45,976 nucleotides of DNA, from positions 1 to 45,976 of IMG/VR virus record IMGVR_UViG_3300045988_063015. One strand, 5' to 3'. A model generated the notes under the pieces. It was not told where the DNA came from. It was given only the letters and a program-made list of their open reading frames with translations, and searched no databases. The position numbers and the translations under genes were made by a program. Positions 8,138-17,337 of the stretch are shown here, piece by piece; position 1 is the first letter of the stretch, and every line of letters begins with the position of its first letter. Source of the DNA: a virus.

Positions 8138-8232
8138 TGGGAAACAGAAAAGAAGATTGTGTGTTCCTCTCACACTGCCATACATTCAATCTCTCTTGGA
8201 CTGCTTGATAGGTTCGAATCCTATTTTCCCAT
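8138..8232 (+). ncRNA. tRNA-like element (canonical T-arm plus 7-bp acceptor-like stem; not a canonical tRNA)
   Basis: ATAGG-TTCGAAT-CCTAT (8208..8224) is followed at once by TTTCCCA, which pairs with TGGGAAA at 8138..8144. An internal hairpin GTGTG-TTCCTCT-CACAC is present, but there is no D-arm and the element is 94 nt long. Confidence 0.35.
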
Positions 8233-8309
8233 TACCCCGGCAGAGGTTGATCTGCCTAAATCCATTACTGCCGACGGGCAGTTAAAAACAACGTTTAGGA
8301 GGATAGAAA

Positions 8310-8972
8310 ATGCAGAATTATGAAACGATTCTTACGGAACTTGGAATCGAGATTCCGGAAGATAAAAAATCGGATCTGAAAAAGAAGATGGAGGAAAACT
8401 ATCGAACAAAATCAGATTACGACAAGGTGGTATCGAAACGCGATGAATATAAAAACTCGCTGGACGATGTGCAGAAAGAGCTTGAGGGATTCAAAGACGT
8501 AAACGTTGAAGAATTACAGTCGAAAGTAACAACCCTCACCACACAGCTCAATGAAGAGAAAGCCGGACGGGCAGCAGATGCCAGAAAGGCAGAGGTCGAA
8601 AAACAGGTAAATGATTTCTTGACGGCTACAGATGAAAAGGGAGCAAAGAAATACGAGTTTTTGAACAGCATTACGGCTGATTACTACCGCGCGGAGCTTG
8701 CGAAAGCTCTGGACGCTGATTCTGCAAAAGGAAAGTCCATCGCGGACATCTTCACGGAGATGATTACCGATAAGGATGGAAAACAGAAAACAGGGATTTT
8801 TGTGGATGCCGGAACTGAAAACGCCAAGAACCACGCGGCACGGTTTACTCAGCCTACAACTGGTGGCAAAGGCGGCGAGCTTACAAAAGAAAGTTTCCGC
8901 AAAATGAATCTCGATGAGAGAGTTAAGTTAAAAGCAGAAGATCCCGAATTGTATGAAGCACTCTCGAAATAA
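8310..8972 (+). CDS. Capsid scaffolding protein (Phage_GP20-like)
   Basis: 220 aa, charged and helical, directly upstream of the major capsid gene. Confidence 0.8.
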   Translation: MQNYETILTELGIEIPEDKKSDLKKKMEENYRTKSDYDKVVSKRDEYKNSLDDVQKELEGFKDVNVEELQSKVTTLTTQLNEEKAGRAADARKAEVEKQVNDFLTATDEKGAKKYEFLNSITADYYRAELAKALDADSAKGKSIADIFTEMITDKDGKQKTGIFVDAGTENAKNHAARFTQPTTGGKGGELTKESFRKMNLDERVKLKAEDPELYEALSK

Positions 8973-8997
8973 CACCGTTATCATGCGATAACGCTTG

Positions 8998-9027
8998 ACC
9001 GCAAAAAGTTACGCGGTAGAAAGGAAA
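8998..9027 (+). promoter_or_regulatory. Hairpin+SD leader motif, copy 1 (upstream of major capsid gene)
   Basis: Sequence ACCGCAAAAAGTTACGCGGTAGAAAGGAAA. The stem is ACCGC/GCGGT and the SD lies 5 nt before the ATG at 9032. Confidence 0.6.
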
Positions 9028-9031
9028 CACA

Positions 9032-10060
9032 ATGCCAAGAACTGGTACTTTTGGCGGCTTTTCGTTTGACCCGGAGGTGTTCTCCGACTACATGAGCGAG
9101 CAGCCGACCTGGAATGACCGAATCTTAGCGTCTGGAATCCTTGTACAGGATCAGACGATCATGGATCTGATCGGAACCAAAGGAAACGTTGCGACGCTTC
9201 CATTTTATGTTCCGATTGACGAGGATGAATCTCACGCGCTCAACAATGATGGTGAAACCGACAACACCCCGACTGAGATCAGTGGAAAGAAACAGACTTG
9301 TATGCTGACCCAGCGTATGAAAGCATGGAAAGCCCAGGATTTCACAAAGGAGCTGACCGGCGCTGACCCGATGACGCATGTTGCAAACTCTGTTGCCGGA
9401 TTCTATCGGCAGGTAAGAACACGCGATCTCATGGCTATTGTTGACGCGGTTCTTTCACTGGACGGTATGAAAGATCATGTTACGGATCTTTCGGCGACGG
9501 CATCTTCTGGGGTTACAACCGTAACCGATGCAAACAAAATCAATGATACAACACTGATTTTCGCGCAGCAGAAAGCAGTTGGAGACGCAGACGAGAACAT
9601 GGGTCTGCTGGTCATTAACTCTTACATCTACGCTCGATACAAGGCTATGGGGCTGGTTGATTACAACAAGTACACCATCACCAATGCTATCGAGCGAGAT
9701 GTTGAACTTCCAACGATCGGCGGATTCATTCCGGTTGTATCTGACCGTTTCACGGTAGACACATCTACAGACGTTCCGATCTATAAGAGCTATATGATCG
9801 GATCTGGAACGGTGCTCACCTGCGATAAGACCAACTACGAGGACCCGTACTATGCAGACTACGATCCGGAAACCAAAGCCGGTATTCGTAAGTTATACAC
9901 AAAACAGGGCTACGTGTTGCATCCGAACGGATTCTCAATTAACGCAAATAGAATCGCAAAAGAATCCCCGACCAATGCAGAACTCGGAGCAAAAGCGAAC
10001 TGGTCACTTGCGTTCAATCACAAAAATATCCGTATGGGACTGATTAAGTCCAACGGTTGA
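9032..10060 (+). CDS. Major capsid protein (HK97 fold expected)
   Basis: 342 aa between the scaffold and head-tail connector genes, with a strong leader and RBS. Confidence 0.85.
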   Translation: MPRTGTFGGFSFDPEVFSDYMSEQPTWNDRILASGILVQDQTIMDLIGTKGNVATLPFYVPIDEDESHALNNDGETDNTPTEISGKKQTCMLTQRMKAWKAQDFTKELTGADPMTHVANSVAGFYRQVRTRDLMAIVDAVLSLDGMKDHVTDLSATASSGVTTVTDANKINDTTLIFAQQKAVGDADENMGLLVINSYIYARYKAMGLVDYNKYTITNAIERDVELPTIGGFIPVVSDRFTVDTSTDVPIYKSYMIGSGTVLTCDKTNYEDPYYADYDPETKAGIRKLYTKQGYVLHPNGFSINANRIAKESPTNAELGAKANWSLAFNHKNIRMGLIKSNG

Positions 10061-10074
10061 CGGAGGTATCTGGC

Positions 10075-10557
10075 ATGGCATATGCAGACTATGAATTTTA
10101 CACAACTTCATATTTCGGCGATACCGTGCCAGAATCCGACTTCCCGCGGTATGCCGAGCGGGCAAGCGATCGAATCGACATTCTGACGTTCGACCGGCTT
10201 GCCGACGGGCTGCCGGAAAACGAGCGGGCACAGAAGAAGATCAAGAAAGCGGTATGCGCTCTGGCGGATGCGCTCTTTCAGATCGACACCGTGAAAAATG
10301 CCGCAATGGAAACAGTAGGAACCGTAAAGAGAGAAGACGGAACAGTCATCAATAAGGCCGTTTCTTCGGTTTCTTCCGGCAGTGAAAGTATTTCCTACGT
10401 GACCGGAACCAGCGGCACAAATTCCAGCGTCTACGGACAGGCGGCGATGGATAAAAAGGTCGAAAATGTACTCGTGACACAGACTATTCTCGAAAATCTA
10501 CAGGGAGTTATGACGGATGACGGCGTCCCGCTCCTGTATGCAGGCGTTAGGTTATGA
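10075..10557 (+). CDS. Head-tail connector (gp6-like) protein
   Basis: 160 aa starting MAYADYEFYTTSYFGD...FPRYAERASDRIDILTFDRL, typical of gp6-like connectors. GGAGG lies 8 nt upstream. Confidence 0.65.
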   Translation: MAYADYEFYTTSYFGDTVPESDFPRYAERASDRIDILTFDRLADGLPENERAQKKIKKAVCALADALFQIDTVKNAAMETVGTVKREDGTVINKAVSSVSSGSESISYVTGTSGTNSSVYGQAAMDKKVENVLVTQTILENLQGVMTDDGVPLLYAGVRL

Positions 10558-10558
10558 T

Positions 10559-10756
10559 ATGGGCGGAAGAGGTAGCAACAGCGGACTGATGAAAACTGTA
10601 AATGGTAAGACAGTAAAACGTTTCAACCTCTCCCCTAAAGGCTGGAAACCCGTAGAAAATGCTCTTACGAATCCTAAAGGCTATACGTGGTATTCAAATG
10701 GAAAATCACGTTTTAGCGGTCAATATGAGACTGCGCTTGTAAAGAATAAGAAGTAG
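10559..10756 (+). CDS. Small protein with MGGRG N-terminus
   Basis: 65 aa starting MGGRGSNSGL. It is inserted between neck genes, and its N-terminus is shared with the 44092 and 44489 products. Confidence 0.5.
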   Translation: MGGRGSNSGLMKTVNGKTVKRFNLSPKGWKPVENALTNPKGYTWYSNGKSRFSGQYETALVKNKK

Positions 10757-10764
10757 GTGAACCC

Positions 10765-11316
10765 ATGTATGACGAAACCATAACTCTTTTCAATCGGTAC
10801 GAAGATCAGACCGGGAATGTATTCTGGTATCCGACCGTGCTGCAGCATGTTGATCTTATCACAGATAAGGTCGCAAACATCGTCCGAACGGGCATTGACA
10901 GTGCTGATACGGCCAGCCTACATGTGGAATACACGCCAGATAACGGCACAATTATTGTACAGGGAAAGAAATGGTTATCGCCGAAAGCCTGGAAAGCTCA
11001 GACGAATGAAGAACTTCCAGGAACACTCACTTTTGCGAACGAAGACTTTTTCGTGCTTGGCGATCATTGCGTCACGAAAGAGCAGGCGTATCTTATCGAC
11101 CACAACGGAGCATACGTGCAGGATCACGAAAAAATGCCGATTGCCACAATCGTTGAACGTCAGATGTACGGCGTGGTGAAAGACGCGGAATACACAAGCA
11201 GAGTAGACCGCGGATTCTACGACTACATGAACAAGAAGTATGATAACGTGTTTTCTATCAGTAATGTAGGTGGTCCGTACAGGCTTATTCCCCATTTTGA
11301 GATAGGGGGAAAATAA
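10765..11316 (+). CDS. Neck / head-closure protein (Minor_capsid_1-like)
   Basis: 183 aa; the call rests on position and size in the neck module. Confidence 0.6.
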   Translation: MYDETITLFNRYEDQTGNVFWYPTVLQHVDLITDKVANIVRTGIDSADTASLHVEYTPDNGTIIVQGKKWLSPKAWKAQTNEELPGTLTFANEDFFVLGDHCVTKEQAYLIDHNGAYVQDHEKMPIATIVERQMYGVVKDAEYTSRVDRGFYDYMNKKYDNVFSISNVGGPYRLIPHFEIGGK

Positions 11317-11768
11317 TGAGTAATACAAAGCATTTTCCCAGTTTTTCGGTGGTTAATGGACACGTTAAAGTGCAAGTAGACCTTACGAGATTCGATAAGC
11401 AATTCCAGGAAGCCCAGTTCTGGCTTGACGGGCAGGTTATGAACGATATGATTCCATACATGCCGTTTCGTGACGGAATCATGGTAGATGCAACCAGAGT
11501 GCGCAGCGCATCCATGCAAGGTACTGGAAAGGTGTGTGCAGGCGCTCCGCCGTATGGTCGCTTTCTGTACGAAGGAAAGCTGATGGTTGATCCGGAGACG
11601 CGCTCAGCGTGGGCGAGACCCGGAGCGAAAAAGGTAGTTACTGACACGCCGCTGAAATTTGATAAAACGGCGCATCCGTCCGCAACAGATCACTGGTTTG
11701 ACGCGGCAAAGGCGGCGCACGGTAAGCAATGGGTGAAAGGAGTGAAGAAACATGCCGGAGGAGGTTAA
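11316..11768 (+). CDS. Neck protein (HK97 gp10 / Minor_capsid_2-like)
   Basis: 150 aa with the PPYGRFLYEGKLMVDP motif, in the neck module. Confidence 0.65.
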   Translation: MSNTKHFPSFSVVNGHVKVQVDLTRFDKQFQEAQFWLDGQVMNDMIPYMPFRDGIMVDATRVRSASMQGTGKVCAGAPPYGRFLYEGKLMVDPETRSAWARPGAKKVVTDTPLKFDKTAHPSATDHWFDAAKAAHGKQWVKGVKKHAGGG

Positions 11769-12261
11769 AAAACCTGTTACATACGATGTGGACGGATACG
11801 ACATCGTAACAAAAGCACTGGAAACCGTTCTGAACACTTTCCCCGGACTGCAGCCGACCGAAAAGATCAAGTTTTCGTCACTCAAAGAGGATGACGGGAT
11901 TGCATTCTATCCGGTGAGTGGAGCTGTGGTTGCTTCTGAAAAGAAATACATCACAGGAATTGTGGATCAGCTTTGCAACTATCCGTTTTACATCGTGTAT
12001 CGCTCAGCACCTACAACGCCTGGAATTAAGACAGAAATCAAAGAATTTCTTGACACTCTCGGAAAATGGCTGGAAAAACAGCCTGTGCAGGTGGACGGTA
12101 CTATCTACCACCTTGACGAATATCCGACTCTTACAGAGGGAAGAGTTATCGAATCTATAACCCGTCTGACCCCGTCGTATCTTGATACAGTGTCAGAGAA
12201 TAAGGTGGAAGATTGGGTTATCAGTATGTCCTTAAAATATCGAAAAAAATTCAAAAAATAA
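11752..12261 (+). CDS. Tail completion / terminator protein (Minor_capsid_3-like)
   Basis: 169 aa, the last gene before the major tail gene. Confidence 0.6.
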   Translation: MPEEVKKPVTYDVDGYDIVTKALETVLNTFPGLQPTEKIKFSSLKEDDGIAFYPVSGAVVASEKKYITGIVDQLCNYPFYIVYRSAPTTPGIKTEIKEFLDTLGKWLEKQPVQVDGTIYHLDEYPTLTEGRVIESITRLTPSYLDTVSENKVEDWVISMSLKYRKKFKK

Positions 12262-12290
12262 TCATACCGGCACCGATTCGGCAGCCGCTG

Positions 12291-12320
12291 ACCGCGAAAA
12301 GTTACGCGGTAGAAAGGAAA
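12291..12320 (+). promoter_or_regulatory. Hairpin+SD leader motif, copy 2 (upstream of major tail gene)
   Basis: Sequence ACCGCGAAAAGTTACGCGGTAGAAAGGAAA, with a perfect 6-bp stem ACCGCG/CGCGGT. Confidence 0.6.
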
Positions 12321-12324
12321 AAAC

Positions 12325-12858
12325 ATGTCAAAACTTGAACGTGAAGCAATGGCCACTTACCTTGATTCGACATTCAAAAGAGTTGTGGCATCCGCAAGCT
12401 GGGTGCTGGTAGGTGACGACATCGAGGATATGTCCGTAGAGCTTAACCCGGACACCGAAACAACTAAAAATATTCTCGGACAGACCAAAACGAGAGATAA
12501 CGGATATGAGCCGTCTATGGATGCTGACCCGTTCTATGCTGATCCGGACAACAAACTGTATCCGGTACTGCGGGATATCGCTCTCGAGCGTAAAAAAGGC
12601 GATGCATGTAAAACACTTATGCTGGAGGTCATCGTGGAGGACACATCGGCGACGAATCATCTTGCGTACGTGCGCGAGGTCATCGTAAAACCGCAGTCTT
12701 ACGGCGGCGATACTGCAGGTCTCAATATCCCGTTCACTGTCTCTGAGGATGGCAAATTCACAAAAGGATACGTAAGCGCAGCTTCTCTGAAAACCGGAAC
12801 TCCGGAATTTAGTGAGGGCGCAGTGCCAGCTTCCAGTAAAAGCACATCTCTGGCGTAA
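12325..12858 (+). CDS. Major tail protein
   Basis: 177 aa, between the neck genes and the tail chaperones. Confidence 0.8.
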   Translation: MSKLEREAMATYLDSTFKRVVASASWVLVGDDIEDMSVELNPDTETTKNILGQTKTRDNGYEPSMDADPFYADPDNKLYPVLRDIALERKKGDACKTLMLEVIVEDTSATNHLAYVREVIVKPQSYGGDTAGLNIPFTVSEDGKFTKGYVSAASLKTGTPEFSEGAVPASSKSTSLA

Positions 12859-12888
12859 GAGTACACACAAATAGAAAGGAGCTTTCCA

Positions 12889-13320
12889 ATGAGTAATAAA
12901 CTGGTAAAACCGCAGAGTAACGACATCATTATTGATGACGGCTTAAAAACTTATTACATCAAGAATAAGCAAGGCCATGTATACGGCAAGTTTGATTTTC
13001 GGCCGTCCGACACCAATCTTATCTCACGATATGATGAGGTAGTGGAGCATCTGAACAGCTTTTCAGTTCCAGAGAACGAATCGGCGGATATCAAAAAAGT
13101 TGAAAACATGGTTGCTGATGAGCTTTCCTATCTGATCGGATCGGATTCGAAAGAATCATTTTTCAGCATCTTAGGCCCGTTCTCTCCACTTGCTTCTGGA
13201 AAGCTGTTTTTCGAAGAAGTTGTTGACGCTATCGGCCGCGTGATCGAGACAGAGACCGAACACCGAGCGAAAAAGGTTCGAACACGTATGAATAAATACG
13301 TTGCTAAATATCGTAAATAA
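12889..13320 (+). CDS. Tail assembly chaperone
   Basis: 143 aa, in the position between the major tail and tape measure genes. Confidence 0.6.
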   Translation: MSNKLVKPQSNDIIIDDGLKTYYIKNKQGHVYGKFDFRPSDTNLISRYDEVVEHLNSFSVPENESADIKKVENMVADELSYLIGSDSKESFFSILGPFSPLASGKLFFEEVVDAIGRVIETETEHRAKKVRTRMNKYVAKYRK

Positions 13321-13919
13321 TGGACGCGTGGAGCCTTCCGACATCGCTCAACGTTGCTGGTAAAGAATATCCAATACGCTCAGATTACCGAGTGGTATTG
13401 GATATTTTGCAATGCATGAACGATCCAGAAATTTTCGAGCCAGATATGACCGAGGACGAAAAAAAGGCGGAACAGGTCATAAGCATGTTAGCCATCCTAT
13501 ATATTGATTTTGACGATATGAAACCCGCCGAATGGGAAGAAGCTGCGGAAAAAGCATGTGAATTTATTGACTGCGGGTTTTCGGAGGATACAAAGCGGAA
13601 AAGGCCAAAATTAATGGACTGGATACAGGATGCAACCATTATTATTCCGTCTATCAATAAGGTTGCCGGAAAAGATGTGCGCGGTCAGAAGTATCTGCAC
13701 TGGTGGACTTTTTTTGCATTCTACATGGAGATCGGGGAAGGCACGTTTTCGACCGTGGTAAGTATCCGAGATAAAAAAGCCAAAGGAAAAAAACTGGACA
13801 AGTGGGAACAGGAATATTACAGAGATAACAAGGCTATCATCGATCTTAAATCGGCAAGCAGCCAGAGAAGCGAAGAAGAAAAAGCAGCTCTTAGAGAACT
13901 TTTCGGAATATCAAAATAA
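13320..13919 (+). CDS. Phage Gp15-family protein (second tail chaperone position)
   Basis: 199 aa with LPTSLNVAGKEYPIRSDYRVVLDIL, a Gp15-like N-terminus. It has a TAATG junction with the upstream gene. Confidence 0.65.
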   Translation: MDAWSLPTSLNVAGKEYPIRSDYRVVLDILQCMNDPEIFEPDMTEDEKKAEQVISMLAILYIDFDDMKPAEWEEAAEKACEFIDCGFSEDTKRKRPKLMDWIQDATIIIPSINKVAGKDVRGQKYLHWWTFFAFYMEIGEGTFSTVVSIRDKKAKGKKLDKWEQEYYRDNKAIIDLKSASSQRSEEEKAALRELFGISK

Positions 13920-13948
13920 CTGCCGGAGCATACGGAGCACCGGCACAA

Positions 13949-13978
13949 ACCGTTAAAAGTTACACGGTAGGAAGGAAA
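13949..13978 (+). promoter_or_regulatory. Hairpin+SD leader motif, copy 3 (upstream of tape measure gene)
   Basis: Sequence ACCGTTAAAAGTTACACGGTAGGAAGGAAA. The stem ACCGT/ACGGT keeps pairing through a compensatory C-G to T-A change. Confidence 0.6.
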
Positions 13979-13983
13979 AACGC

Positions 13984-16900
13984 ATGGCTGGACAGGCTGA
14001 CGGCTATATCATCATTGATACGGAGATTGACACCAACGGCGCAAAAGCTGGCAGTAAGGAGCTGGAAGCGAATGTGCGGCAGTGTATCTCGTCTATTAAT
14101 GGTCTTGGAGACAAGGCCAAAGCATCACTTAATAAGCAAGCAAATGCATTTTCAAAGCTGAACGATCAATACAGAGAGCAAGAAAAAAAAGTCGAACAGC
14201 TCAAAGAAAAGGTTTCTGAACTCGGAAAGCAGCAGATACCGACCGACGAATACAAAGAGATCCAGACGCAGATAGAGTCTGCTAAGACGCAGATGGACAA
14301 ACTCATCTATGCGCAGGAAAAATTTGTGGCACTTGGCGGAAGCGAGGACAGTAAAAAGTATAAGAGCTATCAATACGAAATTGATCAGCTCGCGAAAACA
14401 ATTGAATACGCAAAAGGCGAGTTGCAAGATCTTGAGAAAACAGGAAAAGATTTTGCGTCTGCGTTCGGGTCAGAAATTCCAACTCAGAAGTACGCACAAC
14501 TCGAATCAGAATTTGCGAAACTGGAACAGGAAATTTCGAGTGTAAAAGGAAAACGGGATGAACTTCTGTCATCAAACGGTGACGGAAGTAAGACATCAGA
14601 AATTCAAGATCTTACGATTGACCTTGAATTTCTGAAAGATGAGTACGATGCAGTCGCAAGAAAAATGCGTGAAATGGAAAAATCCGGTACTGCAACGATT
14701 AAGAGTGAACCTACAAAAGAAGCAGCGGCAGTAACGGAAAAATTGGCCCAGGAAGAAGAAAAACTTGCCAGTATCAATGACCGGTTAAAAACGTCTTATG
14801 ACGGCGTAAAAGACAGCATTGACAGCTATTCAAATTCGGCGAATAATTCAGCGACTAAAAACGCAGCAGACAACGCGTCAAAATTGGAAAAATCCAATGA
14901 AAAGGTTGCTGACAGCGGAAAGAGGGCCGCAAATTCACTGAAAGAAACCGGAAGTGCGGCTGGAAATGCCAAAAACGGAATTATGACGTTGTTAAAATAC
15001 GGTCTCGGCATCCGCTCATTATTCGTGCTTTTCAATAAGCTGAGAAGCGCGGTTGTGGCTGGAATGTCAAATTTGGCGCAGGAATCCGGCTCAACCAACT
15101 CGGCTATCTCTATGTTGTGGGGCAGCCTGGAACGGCTCAAAAACAGTCTTGCGACAGCATTTGCGCCGATTCTTACGGCGATTGCACCTATTCTGTCCAA
15201 ATTTATCGACATGCTTAGCACCGCGGCAACATACGTGAGTATGTTTTTTTCGATGCTTTCCGGGCAGAAAACATACACCCGAGCATTAGCCGTCCAGAAG
15301 GACTACGCGGCATCTCTAAGCGATACGGCATCGAGTGCGGAAGATGTAGCGGACGCAACCAACGACGCGGCAGATGCGGCAGATGCGGCCGCAGAAGCAA
15401 CGGAAAAATACCTTTCCCCTCTCGATGATCTGAACAAGATGGATTCGAAAAGCGACAGCGGTTCCGGCAGCGGCGGTGGCGGAAAATCCCCGGGAGCTGG
15501 CGGCGGTGGAGGAGGGACAGGCAGTGCGCCGATGTTCACGGAAGAGCAGATCCCTAACGCTTTTCTGGATAATCTGCAGAAAGTTTTTGATTTACTGAAA
15601 AAGATTAAAGACCTGTTTATGTCCGGCTTCTGGGATGGCCTTGGAGATTACAAACCGCAGCTTGCAGAGCTGAAAAAGGATCTGGCATCCATCAAAAAGA
15701 ATCTTGTGGAGATCTTCACAGATCCGGAAGTAGTAGGAGCCGCGAAACGCTTTGCAGAATCTGTAATCTATAATCTAGGGGTCGTTGCCGGATCAATAGC
15801 AAGCGTCGGTCTTACACTGGCTGTCAATCTTGTAGGCGGTTTTGAAAGCTATCTAAACAGAAATAAAGATAGAATCAAGAAATTTTTGGTTGACGTTTTC
15901 AACGTCGGAACAGAAATTGCAGATGAATTCGGACTTATCGCAAAAACGATAGCCGAAGTATTTGCAAAAACGTTTGGCACACAAACAGCGCAGGATTTGA
16001 CAGGAAATCTTATCGGAATTTTTGCATCTTTAGGCGGCTTGGCTGTAGAAATTTTTGCACGATATGAGCGCGATAAAATGTATCTTGCCTGGCAGCCATG
16101 GATCGATAACAAAGATAAATTAGTCGAAGCGATTAACGAAACAATCGCACCTATCCAGCATCTCGCGCAGGTTATCGAGGACTTTTTAAACGATACATCC
16201 GATAAAATCATTGCATTTTATGATGAGAGCGTTAAGCCATTTATTGATGACATCGAATCAGGCTGTGCGTCTATTTTGGAAACATTGCTTGATCTTTATA
16301 ACAGTTATGTAGCACCTATCATCGATGAATGGGGAACGCGGCTCGAAGATTTGATTAATGGACCTCTTACAGATTTTGTCGATAAATTCCTTGATGTGTG
16401 CGCAAAAATCATTGATGCGCTACAGCAAATTTGGAATAACGTTCTTGTTCCCCTTATTAATTGGATTCTTGAAAACGTAATTCCATTGTTGGCGCCTGTT
16501 GTACAATGGCTAGGCGACGCGGCTATTGATTTATTGGGCGCTGCGGTAAAAATGGCGAACGGAATTCTGGATATGCTCGGTGGGTTGATCGATTTCCTCG
16601 TTGGCGTGTTTACGGGCGACTGGAAAAAGGCTTTTTCTGGCGCAGAACAAATAGCACAGGGATTTGCGGATACCTGCGGCGCTGTAATTGAATGGATTGG
16701 CGATTATATTTTAACTCCGTTTATGTCGCTGGTAAAAAAATTATTCTCGGTTGACTGGGTAAAATATTTTGGAGTAGCTGGTATTGCTCCTCAGGTGCTT
16801 TGCGATTTAATCAAAGCGATTTTCGGAACGATGAAAAACGTATTTATTGGAATTATGAATTTTATTAAATACGCCTTTACTGGTGATTGGCGAAACGCTT

Positions 16901-17325
16901 GGCAGAGCGTGAAAAATATTTTTTTCAGCATCATGAGCGGACTTGGTGATGTTCTGCGAGCTCCGATTAACGGAATTATTGATATGATTAACCAGGCAAT
17001 CAACGGAATCAACACGTTGATTCGTGGGGCAAATAAAATTCCTGGCGTAAATATTTCTACAATCGGAAAAATTCCGCATCTGGCATCCGGCGCAGTTATT
17101 CCGCCGAACCAAGAATTCCTTGCTGTCCTTGGTGATCAGCGGAGCGGGAACAACATCGAAGCCCCAGAAAGCCTTATTAGGAAGATTGTGCGGGAAGAAT
17201 CCGGCGGCGGTGGAAAAACATACAGATTTGTAGCACAGCTTGACCGGAAGACTATTTTTGACGAAACAATTTCCGAAGGGAAATTGCGGCAGCTTCAGAC
17301 AGGCCAAAACCAATTTGAATTTTAA
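13984..17325 (+). CDS. Tape measure protein
   Basis: 1113 aa with a coiled-coil N-terminus, a hydrophobic helical core, and a Gly-rich linker SGSGSGGGGKSPGAGGGGGGTGS. Confidence 0.9.
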   Translation: MAGQADGYIIIDTEIDTNGAKAGSKELEANVRQCISSINGLGDKAKASLNKQANAFSKLNDQYREQEKKVEQLKEKVSELGKQQIPTDEYKEIQTQIESAKTQMDKLIYAQEKFVALGGSEDSKKYKSYQYEIDQLAKTIEYAKGELQDLEKTGKDFASAFGSEIPTQKYAQLESEFAKLEQEISSVKGKRDELLSSNGDGSKTSEIQDLTIDLEFLKDEYDAVARKMREMEKSGTATIKSEPTKEAAAVTEKLAQEEEKLASINDRLKTSYDGVKDSIDSYSNSANNSATKNAADNASKLEKSNEKVADSGKRAANSLKETGSAAGNAKNGIMTLLKYGLGIRSLFVLFNKLRSAVVAGMSNLAQESGSTNSAISMLWGSLERLKNSLATAFAPILTAIAPILSKFIDMLSTAATYVSMFFSMLSGQKTYTRALAVQKDYAASLSDTASSAEDVADATNDAADAADAAAEATEKYLSPLDDLNKMDSKSDSGSGSGGGGKSPGAGGGGGGTGSAPMFTEEQIPNAFLDNLQKVFDLLKKIKDLFMSGFWDGLGDYKPQLAELKKDLASIKKNLVEIFTDPEVVGAAKRFAESVIYNLGVVAGSIASVGLTLAVNLVGGFESYLNRNKDRIKKFLVDVFNVGTEIADEFGLIAKTIAEVFAKTFGTQTAQDLTGNLIGIFASLGGLAVEIFARYERDKMYLAWQPWIDNKDKLVEAINETIAPIQHLAQVIEDFLNDTSDKIIAFYDESVKPFIDDIESGCASILETLLDLYNSYVAPIIDEWGTRLEDLINGPLTDFVDKFLDVCAKIIDALQQIWNNVLVPLINWILENVIPLLAPVVQWLGDAAIDLLGAAVKMANGILDMLGGLIDFLVGVFTGDWKKAFSGAEQIAQGFADTCGAVIEWIGDYILTPFMSLVKKLFSVDWVKYFGVAGIAPQVLCDLIKAIFGTMKNVFIGIMNFIKYAFTGDWRNAWQSVKNIFFSIMSGLGDVLRAPINGIIDMINQAINGINTLIRGANKIPGVNISTIGKIPHLASGAVIPPNQEFLAVLGDQRSGNNIEAPESLIRKIVREESGGGGKTYRFVAQLDRKTIFDETISEGKLRQLQTGQNQFEF

Positions 17326-17337
17326 GGAGGGCGAAAG

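Noticed and set aside
8002-8208. 68-aa + strand ORF in the scaffold leader
   Set aside because: It has no RBS, a Cys/Ser/Leu-rich product, and overlaps several strong RNA hairpins.
8138-8232. Calling this element a functional tRNA gene
   Set aside because: It has no D-arm and a 32-nt segment between the anticodon-like hairpin and the T-arm. A pyrimidine sits at position 37 of the putative anticodon loop (TTCCTCT). It was kept only as a tRNA-like element of unknown nature.
12889-13919. Programmed -1 frameshift between the two tail chaperone genes (gpG/gpT type)
   Set aside because: The two ORFs abut with TAATG. No slippery heptamer or overlapping -1 extension of the first ORF was seen, so they appear to be separate genes.
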